In this document: positions 40,932-55,295 of the stretch, one piece after another
Position numbering within the stretch: position 1 is the stretch's first letter
Layout of the letters: each line of letters begins with the position of its first letter
Origin: Paragordius varius
Taxonomy: Eukaryota > Animalia > Nematomorpha
NCBI GenBank assembly: GCA_964247055.1
Contig: OZ176054.1
Span: forward strand, 4,340,001 to 4,404,000
Direction: 5' to 3'
DNA length: 64,000 nucleotides
Notes under the pieces: model-generated
Seen by the model: the letters and a program-made list of their open reading frames with translations, nothing else
The model's database searches: none
What the model was told of the DNA's origin: nothing
Made by a program: the position numbers and the translations under genes

Positions 40932-43900
40932 ATGATTGCAATAATGAATGTCGCAAAATTTATACTTGGAAGATTGAACCAATGTTATTTTTGTTGACTA
41001 TTCTTCCCATTTTACCGCTATCCATATTCATAAAACTAAAGTTTATAATATTTTGATGAAAAATTTTATGAAGGTAGTTTTATCAACTACACAGTGCTGA
41101 CAAAAATCCTATAGCAAGATGTGTCATATATATCGAACTGCTTTTGATTTTAGTTCCACCTGGTCATCAAAAATATATTAACTGTTATCGTACATAATTA
41201 AAATCTCGAAAAATCGCAAAATTAGCATAATTATGTAAAAATTAGTTTTTAGTGGAATGCTTGAAAATAATTCAATATATTAACAAATAATTTAAATAAT
41301 TAAACAATTCAATCACCGCAGGAATTTTATACAATTTATTTCTCGTTAAATTTTATTTAAATATATCGTATTTTGTTCAAAATAAACTGCTGAGCGCAAA
41401 TTTATCCTAATCATTGGCTTTTATATAAAAAAGTTAATGTATGGCAAAAATGGAATAAAATATAACTTAAACAAAAAAATACATCCAATGTTTTATAGTA
41501 ACCTTTATAGTTGCTTAGCCCATATTCTTCCATAGATTATATATAAATATAAATAGTTCGATAGGTGCCCCTTAAGCTTGCCTAGCAATGTGGATCCACA
41601 GGTGTTAAACCCAGGGACTATCTGTTCCAAAAACCTTAACTATTTAAAAATCTTAATAAATAATTTTTTTTCATTTTGAATAAATTTTCCACCAAATTTC
41701 TTGGAAGCTTAAATATTACCTGTTTATTTTACATTAGATAATCTGCTCTATAAATCAAATTATCCTATATTTTAAAAGGAAATAGCCGAAATTAAACTTT
41801 ATATTTTTAAATCAAAAGCATTGTGCGCAAAATAATTAACGTAGGTTATCTTGTCATCTAATTATTTAATATTAATCATTTTTTACAAATGCTAAATAGT
41901 ATTTATAATTTTCAAAAAGACTATTGATAATATTATGATATGTATTAGAAGGAAAACAAATAAGATTGATGTTTTGGAACTTACTAACTTACCGGTATCG
42001 TCCGAAATCAATATTCAAAAGAATGGAAAATTTATATTGAAAAAGTACAAAAATAATACCGTCATTTTAAACCTCATGCTGGCCAAACAAAATAATGAAC
42101 AGCTAATTAAAAAACTTGTAACACATTCGGAACATAGAAACATCATTAAAATATTTGGTGTACATTATGTGGATAAAGAAAAATGGTTAATACAATTTTA
42201 TTGTAAACGCGGAAACTTAAACCATTTCTTAAGGCATAACACCAAGATCGAGATGGATTTTAACCTGAGATTTACTTTTCTTATGGATATCAGTGAAGTA
42301 TTATAGCAAACTTATATTTTTTGATGAAAATCATGAATAATACAATAATATTTTAAGTCCTATAATTTTTTAGGCATTTTTTCGTAAAATTAGATGGAAA
42401 TATCGTAAATGAAACTTTAAAACTTTACATTCAAATATGCAATATATTCTAAAAACCAGGTGGTTTTCATACCATATGTGATTTTTTTATTTTCTTTAAG
42501 TTTTTCCTTTTGTCAATTGAAAAACCCATTTCCAATTATATGGCCGTTTACGCTATTTATCCAATTATGCGGCAATAATGGTGATTAAAAAATTTATTTT
42601 TATGAAATATTTATGATTTGAGAGCTGAAACCTTCATGATAATGAATATCGAAATGATAAATGTAGAAATACTTAAAGAAGGGTCAGGGGCGTACCGAGG
42701 GGGGGCAAGGGGGTGCATCATGCCCGGGGGCCGTTGTTTAGGGGCGCCTAAATGATTTTTAAAATTAAATTTTAATTATGCAAAAATAATAAGAACTTTC
42801 AAATGAGATTTTTCAGCAATTTAGGTAGCAACCCTATAATATATACTATATTATTCACCTAATTAGTACCATTGAATAAATTTAGTATCATATAAATATA
42901 TATATTTAAAGATTTAAAATTTATATGACTGTGCTGTCCTATCTATGGTGTTTAGGTTACAACGTTTGTATTTTTTTTACTAAATTGTTTTATTGGCTTT
43001 TAAAAAAGGGGGGAGGGGCGCCATAAAAGTTTTATGCCCCGGGCGCCGCAAATGCTCGGTACGCCACTGAGAAGGGTTATTATAATTTTTATGCTGTTAG
43101 CCAAAATCAAAACATTGCATTTCATTGCACATTAGATCGAATAAAATGTAAAACAATAGCGGAAAACGCGTCAACTAAATTTTATGTTAGTGTGTTTCAC
43201 AAGTTCATAAAGGCAAAACATTAAAGATATGTAGTTGGCTCGTTTTCCTCTATTTTATTTAATTTTATGGTGCGATAAAACTACGATTTTTTGAATAGCA
43301 GCGAAATTAAAATACCCTTTGTGATATTTAAACAACATTTATGTACTTGTAATGGTAAAGGCGGATTGATTATGTTTTTATCCTAATAATTTTAGCTATC
43401 AAATGATTATGATTTATTAATACGCACCGTGAGTTATACACAATTTAATTACTACACTACATAATCATTTAATTTAATAGTTCTTTAAATTAGTGTGTTT
43501 TATCGACACTTAAGGAACAATTAATTTTAGAGTTATATTTTAATTTTTAATCATTTGGATATTAATAAATGATGGGGTTTTATTCAGAAAAACCAGATCG
43601 TTCTATAATGTGGTTACTAAATAACTTATTATTAAACCAATCAGGAAAATAATAGGGCCTGTATTTTATTTTGCGATATGCAGAAGTTATTTGTCCGATT
43701 TAATATTTTTATAAACGCAAATACCTTAACCGAGTGATTTCCAGCCTGGGGCATGTCCCCGTTTAAAAATTATTTAAATTTTTTCACAGAATAATAACAA
43801 AAAACCATAATTTGCGGTGAGTGCAATAAAAAAATTGTTTTCGAATTCTATCTTTAAGAAGCGTAATAAGTTCCATTTCTAAGGATGAATTTAAAACAAT

Positions 43901-46704
43901 GGAATTAGCAAATAAAAACTGGTAATTTAAATATGATTTTGTAATCCAAGACGATCTGTGAAAATGTAAATTAAAATAATCTCCCCATTATATTTGTTAA
44001 CTTTTTTGCGTATAATAATAAAAAAAACCTGCGTAAATCCTTAAGGGAATGAATAATGACCCGGGTATCTTTTTAAACAGAAAACTTTCACAGTTTAAAA
44101 TTTTAACTTTTTTGGAGTGTGGCTCAATTAATAAACTTTTTTTATATTTTTTCTGGTCCATAGGGATTGAACTATCTTCATAATCATTCAATATATCATC
44201 ATAATTTGCAATTGTCTCAGTGTTTTTTCACATCCAATTTCATGATAAAAATTTCATTGAAAGATGTTTTCAAATCAAAGAAGAAAAACGTGTATTATGA
44301 TACTGAATTTGATCTTACAAACGGTAACGATATACTAAGTATGTAGATTACTACAAAAGCGATATATATAGCATGGGTATCATGTCATATGAAATATTGG
44401 CTTATAAACCTTTACAATTGAATGAAGAATCTCCAGATCTATCTAAGGAGTTAAAAACACTAAATACTCCAAACATTTTGATACAATTAATATCTGGATG
44501 TGTAGGTCCAGTTGCATTACGGCCTGATTCTCTAACCTTTATAATGAAAATGCGCAACATAAAAAAGTTAGAATCAATCGATATCAACTTACTAACATCG
44601 ATGCAAAACAGAGTTGAAAAATACAATGCAGATATTGAAATCCGGATCAAAAATCGCACCAAAGATTTGGTAAAAGAACAAACACTTATCGACAATTTAT
44701 TGATGCAAATGTTACCGAGGTTTGTAGAGTTAATATTACTTATTACTGTAAGTTAAAAGTCGATTATTGCTGTTAGGAGCACATACTAATTATTGTGATT
44801 AACTTGTATATCATTACAGGAAAAATACAAATTTGACTTTTAGAGCTTATAATTGGGTACAGAGGGTTTGTCGGAGTTAAAATTGGAACACGGATGTAGT
44901 TAAAAATCTTTCGTTGTGGGATACTGTTTAACCTGAAAGTTTGTTATCAATAAATGGTTCTCAAAAACGTAAATCGGTTCTTGTTCCGTTGATCCAAATA
45001 TAGAATATGATTGCTTTATGTTGAACACCCTTTGTGTTTTCTTTAGTTAATTTGAGCTGTATCTTTTTAGATATGTTTATTAAAAGTTAGATTTGTTTGG
45101 AACCACTGAAAGTTAATTTTTCAACTTGACAATCGTATTTATATTTTTAATTTATGATCCCGACGCCACCCGGATTAATAAAATCGGTTTCCTTTCCACC
45201 CATTTGCGTGAGAATAAACGTGGGGCAAAGTTAGAAATTATTTATACATAAATGAAGGGGCTTATTAGATGGTCCTTTGAGTTTTTAAAAAAATGGCTGG
45301 GCGACATATCCTTATTTACGTTGGGACTAAAGATGTTAAAAGCGCTTGAATATACTCTGTGCATATAATAAAAAATTTAAGTAACTATTTTACACTTTCC
45401 AAGATATTGCCTCACAACCAATAATATATAGAAAAAGCTACATAAAAATATTCATGTTTTATTTAAAAAAATGACCTATTTAAAAATAAATCTGAAAAAA
45501 TACAGGCACTATTTATTAAAACATGAGATATTTTAATTTTTACGATATACACTGTTTTCAGAGGTATTGGGGCTAACCCAGTTAATTTTTTTAAGAATAT
45601 TCGAAAATAATATATTGGGCCTAATGTTCGATATAATTGTATACGTCCATATTATTTATGCATTATAAAATAATTGCAAATAATCATGGTTATCAATTTA
45701 TTATTTATAGAGATATATCGGTTAATGAATACAAAATTTGCCAATATTATGACACGGCCACAATATTCTTTAGTGGCATACATGAATTTCATAAAATTTC
45801 GATGGATGTTTCACCCAAAGAAGTATAACTTGCCAATAACTATTAGTTGATAGCCTTTTTGAATGAAATATATATAATCATGGATGAATTAACTGGATAT
45901 TATCAAGTTTACAAAGTAATATAAGTATTTCGTCAAAATTATATATACTATTTTAATGTTAAAGTTGTATACTTTACTTGATTTGGTAGGTATTAAGTTC
46001 AGATTGAAAAACAGCAGATAACCTTATAGATATATAATATTGTATACAGGTGGAAACGATTAGGGATTCATATATGGTTGTGTCCGGCGTCCCAAAATAT
46101 ATCGACAACCATGCTCAAGAAATCGCCAATATGGCTCTAAATATAATGAACGAATTTCTCCACAGAAAAATTGCAAACATCTATTTCCAACTTCTTATTG
46201 GAATTCATACAGGTGACATGTCTATTTATTTAGTGTGGCTTTTTTAAAATTTTACTCATATAAAATCAAGTGTAAAAGATAAAATATTTTTTTTTATTTT
46301 TTTGTGTACATAAGGGGGCTGTGCGGGCGGAGTTGTGGGCAAAAGCGTTCCAAGATTTTGCCTTTTCGGAGATGCCATCAATTTGGCTTCGCGTTTACAA
46401 ACTTCAAGTTTACGTTGGTATAATTACTATGGATTCTTATAATTTAGCATCTAAAATACAAGTTAGTGAATCCTTTGTACATTGCATTCAATCCACCCAT
46501 CAATATGTGGAGCGTGGGGACCTAGAGATCAAAGTTTAAACTATTATTACAAAAAATTAAAGTAAAAATGTAAGGAAACGTTAATATATTATACAATACA
46601 TTATTTTTTACATTACATATATATGTATGCACTTTTGATAGGGGAAGGGTGTGATCAAGACTTATTGGTTATTAGATATGAATAATAAAAGGGACACACT
46701 GTAA
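40932..46704 (+). CDS. Receptor-type guanylyl cyclase (TM - kinase homology - coiled coil - cyclase), 5' end unresolved, catalytic motifs degenerate
   Basis: Putative TM exon at 40932-41040. Kinase-homology exons at about 41935-42297 (HRNIIKIFG...YCKRGNL...[11 protein letters not shown]) and from 44164 (GLNYLH...SDIYSMGI). The linker is EKYNADIE...[21 protein letters not shown]. Cyclase motifs are [39 protein letters not shown] and [11 protein letters not shown]; TAA is at 46702-46704. Confidence 0.88.
42685..43069. mobile_element. hAT-type MITE family C, copy 2 (cyclase intron)
   Basis: TIRs CAGGGGCGTACCGAG and CTCGGTACGCCACTG, with a perfect 8-bp TSD AGAAGGGT. Confidence 0.92.
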
Positions 46705-48907
46705 CATAATAGAGGTATATAATCTGTACACTGCATATACATAATACATAATTATAGATCTTTATTATAACATTTCTCCACCACAAACACAATATATAAA
46801 ATATACTTATTTACAAAGCATTACTCAACTTTATCACAAATATTTTTTTATACTTCCAGAATTTATATTTTCGGTTCAAATTTTATGATAAATTAATTGA
46901 TTTACATTCAAATTCTAATAAATAACTAATGAGGATGTTTTATCCAATTTTATTTGTGTTATTATTGAAGAACATACTGTCTGAATTCTATCCAACTATC
47001 CGTATTACAAGTAAATTTTTTATATTTTTTTTAGATCATATTTTTGGAAACTTTTTACAAATCCTAAGTTATATACAAACTACTTTTATTTACAATATAT
47101 AATTTGGTAACTAAAATTGTTGTTTGTCTAATAATATAGAAGATATTGAACTGAAAAATCGATAAATTCCATTACATAAATACACTTAATACTTTAATAG
47201 CCAATAAATTTTGATTCAATTTACATTAAAATCTAAACACTGTTTACAACAAAATTAACAGGTGTAATAATAGATGTTAAATTTTGTTATAATTATAAAT
47301 AATTAAAATATCACAAGGATCTATAATCTTTGACACAGACTAAAAATCATGTACCGGAAAAAATAATTAAGCTTACAAATATCTTATCTTGGTTTATTTG
47401 AATGTGCCGACTTTATCTTATATGGGGTACATGTAAAATATTTGATGGTATTTGGATTAATTAATATGGGAAACTTATCAAATTTTAAATTATCTTAGCG
47501 GCTTATAAAATGTAAATTTTAATCGCTACTAAAAATATTAGTTTAATTTGTCATTTACCCTTTCTATCTTAAAATAGGTAAATATTTTGAATCGCTTTTA
47601 ATAATTAATAATAATAATAATATTAATAACGCCTCTTTATTGGGGTTGATAAGGGTATATATTTGTCAATGTTTACTATATATTATTGATAAGCCCAATG
47701 AAAAAGAGTAATATAATTCGGAAAAAAATTACTTTTTATCATTTAAATATATATTCATTAGCCAGTCTCACAAACATATTTCCCTTAAAAACTTGGATTA
47801 TTTTATTTTTTCTGGCCTCTAATAATTTTGAAGGTGTCTATATGGTTTTCTTTGATTTTTCCCCATTTTACTGCACACCAAACTTACGAGTGAACCAACG
47901 GAAATCATTTTCCATCGCAAATTTTAATTTCATATAAATTAAATATCATATGTGACGCCTTATAAAAAATCTAAATGAAACTTGGCGTATTTTTTTAGTG
48001 ATATTAATAAAACACTCATAAATCGGTAACAGTTTTTTTAGAATCGTAAAAACTAAAATTTACGTAGAATGTTATTTGGCATTATAAAGAGAACCAAATA
48101 TAATTCGTATTCAGTGACTTGATGCTTTCAATTGAAAAAATTGACATCTTTGTTCTTATACAGGGATCTATTCAAAAATATTATGCATAAAATACTCGAT
48201 TAAATAATTTATTTTAAAGTTTTTTACATCCCATGAATGAATATATACTTCTACACAATTATAAAATGATTTAAATCTGTTAATTATTAGCATTTAAACA
48301 TCAAAAAAACAAAATAATCTCTTTTTATGGTGATAGGCAGGTGAGTTAATTTTACCTAACGAATGTCGTACATGTCTGGTCAAATGAGCAAACCAAAATA
48401 ATCGATTAAATTTAAACATTCCATAATTACATTATTATAATTATAGGGTACGTATGGTTTAAATTGATATTATTTTTTAAAAGGTGCATACTTTTATTTT
48501 ATAATCTAACAAATATGGGCTGTACTTAGTTTTTAACGTCTTTTAATTGGAATTAAGAAATATTTAAAAATATGTGTGTAATTTATGGCGATTTATTGAA
48601 TTAACACAAAAAGGCAAAAAATCAAACTTACTGATTTTGGTGAATGAGCCGGCGAATGGCTTCAATGTCTTACAACTTGTAAGCTGGTATGAAAAAATCA
48701 CCATTTTTCTAAAAAAATTTTAAAATCTTTTAATTCAAAAAGTATGATAAAAATATGGATTTATAAGAGTTTTAACGAGTTTATTACATGGGAAGTTTCT
48801 CAGCTCAATATGACCCTTTCTATATCATAATTAAAAGCTCTTAATATATGTATTAATATAAAAATATAACTATATTAATGTTACTTATAAAATATTTGTC
48901 TTTCTAG

Positions 48908-51900
48908 AATTCGAAAATAAATTTTCTAATGGCAAATTACTATATGATGAGTTACTGCTCAACCATGACCAAGATAGTTTATATGTTGGAGCCATGTAAT
49001 TTTTGCGTTATATGTTTTAGGAATTCCATTTTCAAATTGAATTTGACCAATATATCCGACCTAAGCAGCGTAAGTATTTTTAGTTTATTTTATATAATAT
49101 TATTAATTATATAAAATCGATTCTTTCCTGCAATAAGATTTTTACGAGAGAATAAAATCTAAACATTATTGTAAAAATCATTTTTATCAATTAATTAATT
49201 AAATATAATTTATTTTCATATAAAAAAATATCCAATGATAACGCACGAAAATTAACTTTTGATTGTCCGAAATGAATATTTCATACTTTGAAACAATTAA
49301 AATAGCTGTTTTTTTTCATTCAAAAATTATATAAAATTTGGCTTTTTTTAATATTTGGCCTAAGCCTATTAATTTTTAGGCGATTTTGATTTAAAAAAGC
49401 TCATTAAGGGAAGAGGGTCATTATGAGTTCTATTGTTTACAGTAAAATTCTATATTTTAGTATATTAAATATACGTTTTTATATCGGAACCAATAATCAT
49501 CGTTAATATTGTACTGATTTTTTATTACAGTTTTCACAAATCACCATCCCTGCAGTCAAAAAAGATGTACAAATGTGTCAAATGAGAGTCGGGTCTAAAA
49601 AGCAGGTAGAAACTATTCTTAATTTTAGTTGGAATGCCATAACTTTTTTAGAGTTTTACGCTTGATGGAAAATGGAAATATATATGCTTGTGGAACTGGA
49701 TCTTACTCACCCAAAGATTATATTATATCAGTAAATTTACTCTTTATTACTTATATTTATTAAAAAACAATAAAAATAATCTCTATAGCGATATAAAAAA
49801 TATTGCGACCATATTTTATGTAATATACCACAAAATACCCAAAAACAAAACCAAAAGTTTGTTCCGCGTTGAATTTTTAAAATTAATTTATAATAAAGAA
49901 AGTTAACATTAGTTTAACCTTAATACTAGCGAAACATGATGGAAACTTATTTATATTCTATTATATTTTAGCTTTTCGGCACCATAAAGTTACTCTGCCC
50001 CTTTTACCCTTTTACTAATCTGGCCCAATGAAACATCATGAATATATTTGTTTAACTTACAATATGTAGCGAAGATTATTAAGTTATCTAGTTAAATATG
50101 AGTACTTCCGATAGGGTGACTAAACATCTAAAAAAATTACATCTAGCTTTATTAAAACTCGCTTATATGGTACAAATATTTTATACTCCCAATATATAAT
50201 TTATTCGAAAAAAAAGTTTTATGTCTGAACTTTATACGTTTCAGACAAGATGCCAACGCATCGATTCAGAAAAAATATCTAAGTAAAATTTTTTGTATAG
50301 CATGATCTGTCCAATTTCACCTTGTTACCGCCAAATGGAAACGGTATTGGTAAATGTCCTTATGACGTGCACACATCCTTTGCTTTAATATATTCAAGTA
50401 TTACTTCATATATAAATAATATTTGTTTTGAATTAAAATTACGAAATAAAAGTCCGGGAAAACTATGCATTAAAATAAAACCTTTAGTATTTTAAATGTG
50501 GTACTCCCCAAAAACTTTATAAAATATTTTTCTTGTCTCAAGGGTCGTGCAACATATAATGTCGACTAATGCAGATGTTTATAGTTTAAATAAGTACATC
50601 ATAATAATATTAAATGTAGAATTCAGAGCCATGAAAAGCAATTACTGGGCCTCGACTTATGTACCACTGATCTAATATATACACATATTTATTATTATGG
50701 TTAAAATTTAATAATTGATCATAAAATAAGTTGTTTAATTGGAAATGTAAATCTATCCCCTGAAGTGTTAACTTTCAGAATTAACCATTTTTTTATTTAG
50801 CCACCAACAATATAAACAATGAGTCTTTCATCTATTCTGGAACTTATAGGGATTTAAACAATGTTTTCCCTTTAATATATCGATCCCCAACTACCGAATC
50901 CTCCGAAGAAAATATTTTAGAAACTGACACGGCTAGCTTAATTATGATGAACGGTTCAATATTTATTATGCAATTATTTTGTCCTCTTTGTATATTTGAA
51001 ATGTTAACGCAAGATAACTTTTATATATGTATAGAACCAGAGTTCATTAAAGCAATCGAATGGGACGATGCAGTTTATTTCTTTTTTAACGAAAATTCCC
51101 GTTATGGAGATATGTGTGTTAACCATGAGAGAATGGCCAGAGTCGCTCGAGTCTGCAAAATGGATCAGGGAGGAACTAATGTTTACAAAAAATATTGGGC
51201 AACATTCGTCAAAACGAACCTAATATGTTATTACAAAACAAATTATAGCCAATCAATAATACTGAATATTCTAAAAGACATATATGTTGATAAGGAAAAG
51301 CCATACATATTTTACGGCTTATTCTCAGCCAATATGTAATAGTTATATATTTTTACTTTAGTGGTGATTTAACTCTTTCTGCTATTTGCTCATATAATAT
51401 ATTTGATTTGGATCAAACGTTTGTTAGCGATTTTGTTCCTAACAGCATGCCTTCAGGATCCAAAAAAGTTCTACCCGTCTTAAATACTAATGAGAAAGTA
51501 AAATTAATAACCATAATCAATTAGTGTTCAAAAAAGTTAAATACTCACGAATATTCCAATGACGAAATCGCATTTAAGAATCAACATTCCCTAATTAAAA
51601 AATCAGCTTTTCCCGATCAAAATAATTCAATATTTTTCACGCAAAAATTTCAAATAAACAAAATACTGATTGATACTGCAAATTATGAACAGATAATATA
51701 CGGAATTTTAGGTAAGAAATTTAATATCATATATTTTAGAAAACAAATTATATAAAATTAGCTATGATCGATATGTCAACGCTTCAAGGATCGTGTCTCT
51801 ATTAGAACTCTCCCATAACATAACCAATGCTCTCATTTACAAGGTATATCAAATTATAATATTGTTATTTTAAATTTTTTGGGGCATTATCACTGTTCAA

Positions 51901-54450
51901 CGTTACGTGACGCTGCAGGCTTAGTCAAAAACGACATGTGTTTATATCGCCTCTAACTATCATTTTGTCGAATAAAAGGAATGTTAAATATGAAAGTTTA
52001 ATTTATTAATGATGACAATTTTTAAATATTAACAATGCGCTGGCTTGAGTTTACATGGCTCAAATGGTTGTAAATTATTTAACATGCTTTTTTATATTTT
52101 TTGATTGAATAATAAGAGTTTTGCAAAACTGCTTTAAGGTCAGCTTTACCTGGCCACTATGATTGTTGTTGTTGATGCTAAGGTCGATTCCGACTAACTG
52201 CAACATTGAAAAAATAACTTCTCCATTCATTGCGAATACAAGATCTGGCGTTCAGTTCGGATAATGTTTGGATGGTTTCTTTGAAATCCAACGAGTTCTT
52301 CTTCTTCCTCTTTTGAAACACCACTCACTTTTTCCAGTATCAGTGACTTTCAATTGAGTTAGATCTCATAATGTGGCCGAAATAGGATAGTTTTTGGCGT
52401 ATTAGGCTGCACAGATGTGACCTTTCTGGATTAATTTTATATAAAATAGTGGAGTTAAGAAATTTGTCTGACCATTTTGTTTGGAGAAGTTTCATCCAAA
52501 CCTTCGAAAGAATTTATTAGTCGTTCGTCATATTTTTTTCAGCGTTAATTTGCACCAAGAGTTCGAATTTGCATATATATATATAATATATATATTTGGT
52601 TTTTTTCGATTTTAATAGGAAAACTTATTTATATCTATGGCCCACCAAATTGTAACTATTAACGTTGATGTTTGCCACCATTATAAAGCGTGTGCTGTTT
52701 GCAATAATGATCCATCATGTTTATGGGATGAAAATGAGGTTCGATGTTTACGTATGCGCCAAAAAAAGTTACTTTTTCAAAATAATCAATGTAGATATAT
52801 TCCAATAACAACCAAACTTGACATTTGTTTGACAGGTATTTATATTTATATGTTTTATATATAATTACACCTTAATTACATATCGTTAAAGAAAAAAACC
52901 TTAGCTCAAGATACAGTAACAATTATAATAAAACAGAAAAAAAACTTAAAAATTAAAAGACAAATACTTTTTTGCAGCCATACTTTTTAAACCTTTTTCC
53001 CAAATTTATATAATTACAATTGAAATATATAGTAATTGAGTCAGTTGCCAATCTCGCTATTACCTATTTTTCAACTAATAACTTGAAAAATGGAGGTTAA
53101 AAAACTTATTGTCCATTTAAAAAAATACTTGTCGTTTGGATTTTAGGTTTTGTATAATTTCAATTTTTACTGTAATCTATCCCTATCAACATTTTATTTT
53201 GCTAATAATTAAGTAGCAGTAATTTGCTCATTTTTTCTTGTCATCAGTTATTATATAAATAAGAGTGATAGTTCTACAGTGTCTAATCTAATTTAGTTTT
53301 ATATCTATTTTTTAATTGGCCAAATAAAATCTAGCTATATATTATTCATCATTTTTATTTTAATTTTTATCAATTTTAAATGTTCGACATAATATGGGGA
53401 GCCGAAATCGGCACCATTTAAAATTATTTTATATTTTAGGCAAAAAACTAGCCAAGAATATTACATTTGTGCCTGGGAGCTCTGTATATTTGTCCTGTTT
53501 GAATGAAAAAGATCTAAACGATATAACATGGCTCAAAAATGACGAAAAAATTGTCTATAACAAGAAAACATTCCTGACTAAAAACAATGAACTCCTATTA
53601 ATATACTTAAATTATCAGGATGAGGGGGCTTATGTCTGCAAATACAAAGATTACATAATAAACAAATTCAACTTGCTGATGGATCAAGGTTTGAAAAATA
53701 TTTAATTGCTATATAAGTATAAGTAAGTATACATTGCTAGTATTTCATTTATTATTGCGCGATAGCTTATTCAGGAAGATGAAATATTATTGTTTAAAGT
53801 TATTTTTTACTTTATAATATAATTAGCCATTAAATATGATCTTTGCTGTGTGATATCTAGCAATATTTTACGAAAAAAACTAGCAATGTATCTTACTCAT
53901 ACTGTATATAAATAAAATTATTTGATATTAACATATATCTATCCATAAAAATGATGGATTTATATAAAATTGAATGGATTTGACAACCCCAAGCTTATTT
54001 ATTGCAAAATATGGGAACAATATTATAATAAAATCACATTTTGTAAAAAAATATACAAAAACTGGTTTGAGATCTCAATAATTTTTGATTTGTTTTACAC
54101 GAAAGACTAATGTAATAATATTAAAATTTACTAAAGTAATTTTGGCGAATGGTTTAATATTGAACATTACTAAAATTAATTTTATTTCGCGTAATTTATA
54201 ATTAAAAAACATAGCATGCAATCTTATTTTAAAATTGCCTAAAAAGAATGTATTAGTAATCAATGGTCCATCGAAAAAATAATCATTATTTTAAATAATT
54301 TTATTTATAGGGAAATGCCACGCACCCGAAACTCAGCAAGGTTATCAACATAGTTATGGGGAATGGTGCAGAGAATTCGATTCGTACAAAAGGGAATTCG
54401 TTAATTGGCGTTTGAATAAAAATGAATGTTTGTCATCTAACATTATATGA
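48908..54450 (+). CDS. SEMA2: Secreted semaphorin, class 2-like (Sema - PSI - Ig - Cys-rich tail); the 5' signal-peptide exon is uncertain (candidate at about 47763-47845)
   Basis: Sema motifs LLLNHDQDSLYVGAM, ECHNFFRVL...IYACGTGSYSP, GIGKCPYD, EPEFIK...VYFFFNE and RVARVCKMDQGG...WATFVKTNLIC. PSI is CHHYKACAVCNNDPSCLWD. Ig is SVYLSC...ITWLKN...DEGAYVC. The tail is YQHSYGEWCREFDSYK...W...NEC, ending at TGA 54448-54450. Confidence 0.9.
52161..52435 (-). mobile_element. 5'-truncated RTE-clade LINE fragment in a semaphorin intron
   Basis: The minus strand gives IRQKLSYFGHIMRSNS...KRGRRRTRWI...NEWRS...VSRNR, typical of the RTE ORF2 C-terminus, followed by a (CAA)n tail. Confidence 0.8.
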
Positions 54451-55295
54451 ATGTGCAATTTATTTGATAATTTCGATAGTTTTGACAGAATTTAATAAAT
54501 TAAATTATTTATAAGTAAAATTGTGTCCCAAAATAAAAGTTTTCCTTAAAAATGTTATATATTATACGCTTACTAAATAAAATAATTTCAAATATTAAAT
54601 TATTTTATTTGGTATACAATCAAAATATATTCAATGCTTTAACATAAGTAATAATTTGAAATAGGGATCCATCGATATATCTTAAAAAATTTATAAATGA
54701 CTCGTCTTTAAATTTAAACAGCGAAGGGCAATAAAACAAAATACCCGACAAAATACTATATTGTTAGTCTTATAGATGGGCTAAATTGAAATAGAAAGAT
54801 AAAAACACTTACATACAATTACGCTTTGCGCCTTTAATATTATACATTGATCTCATATCATCATGGTTAATATAAAAAATGTTTGATAAAACGCTTTGAA
54901 ACTAGTATGATTAGATATGGATATTATGGGAAAGGGTTAAAATTTAAATTTATATATTTTATCATATCCGAATTATTGAAAATTTCATTCTAAATTTTAA
55001 TAATTTTTTTTGAAATCCACTGCAAGCACAATGCACTAAATCGGGGATAAAAATGTTGACAAATTTACATATTCGGGTAGAAAATATATATAAGGATTCT
55101 TATAGAGCACTTGGCTTTGGGGCTTACAAGTCACATAAGGTAAGTTATGTCAGCTGTTACAGCATTTTAAAATCGAATAGCATCTGCCCACAAAATTTAT
55201 TTCTGAAGAGGCTTAATGTTTCAACCTAAAATTTTTATGAGATATTTTAAAAAAAAAACAATATTGTACTAGTTTTATTATTTATATACCCTAAA

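Noticed and set aside
43997-44191. Minus-strand ORF as a possible nested antisense gene in the cyclase intron
   Set aside because: It overlaps the real plus-strand GLNYLH exon, has no motifs and has no supporting exon chain.
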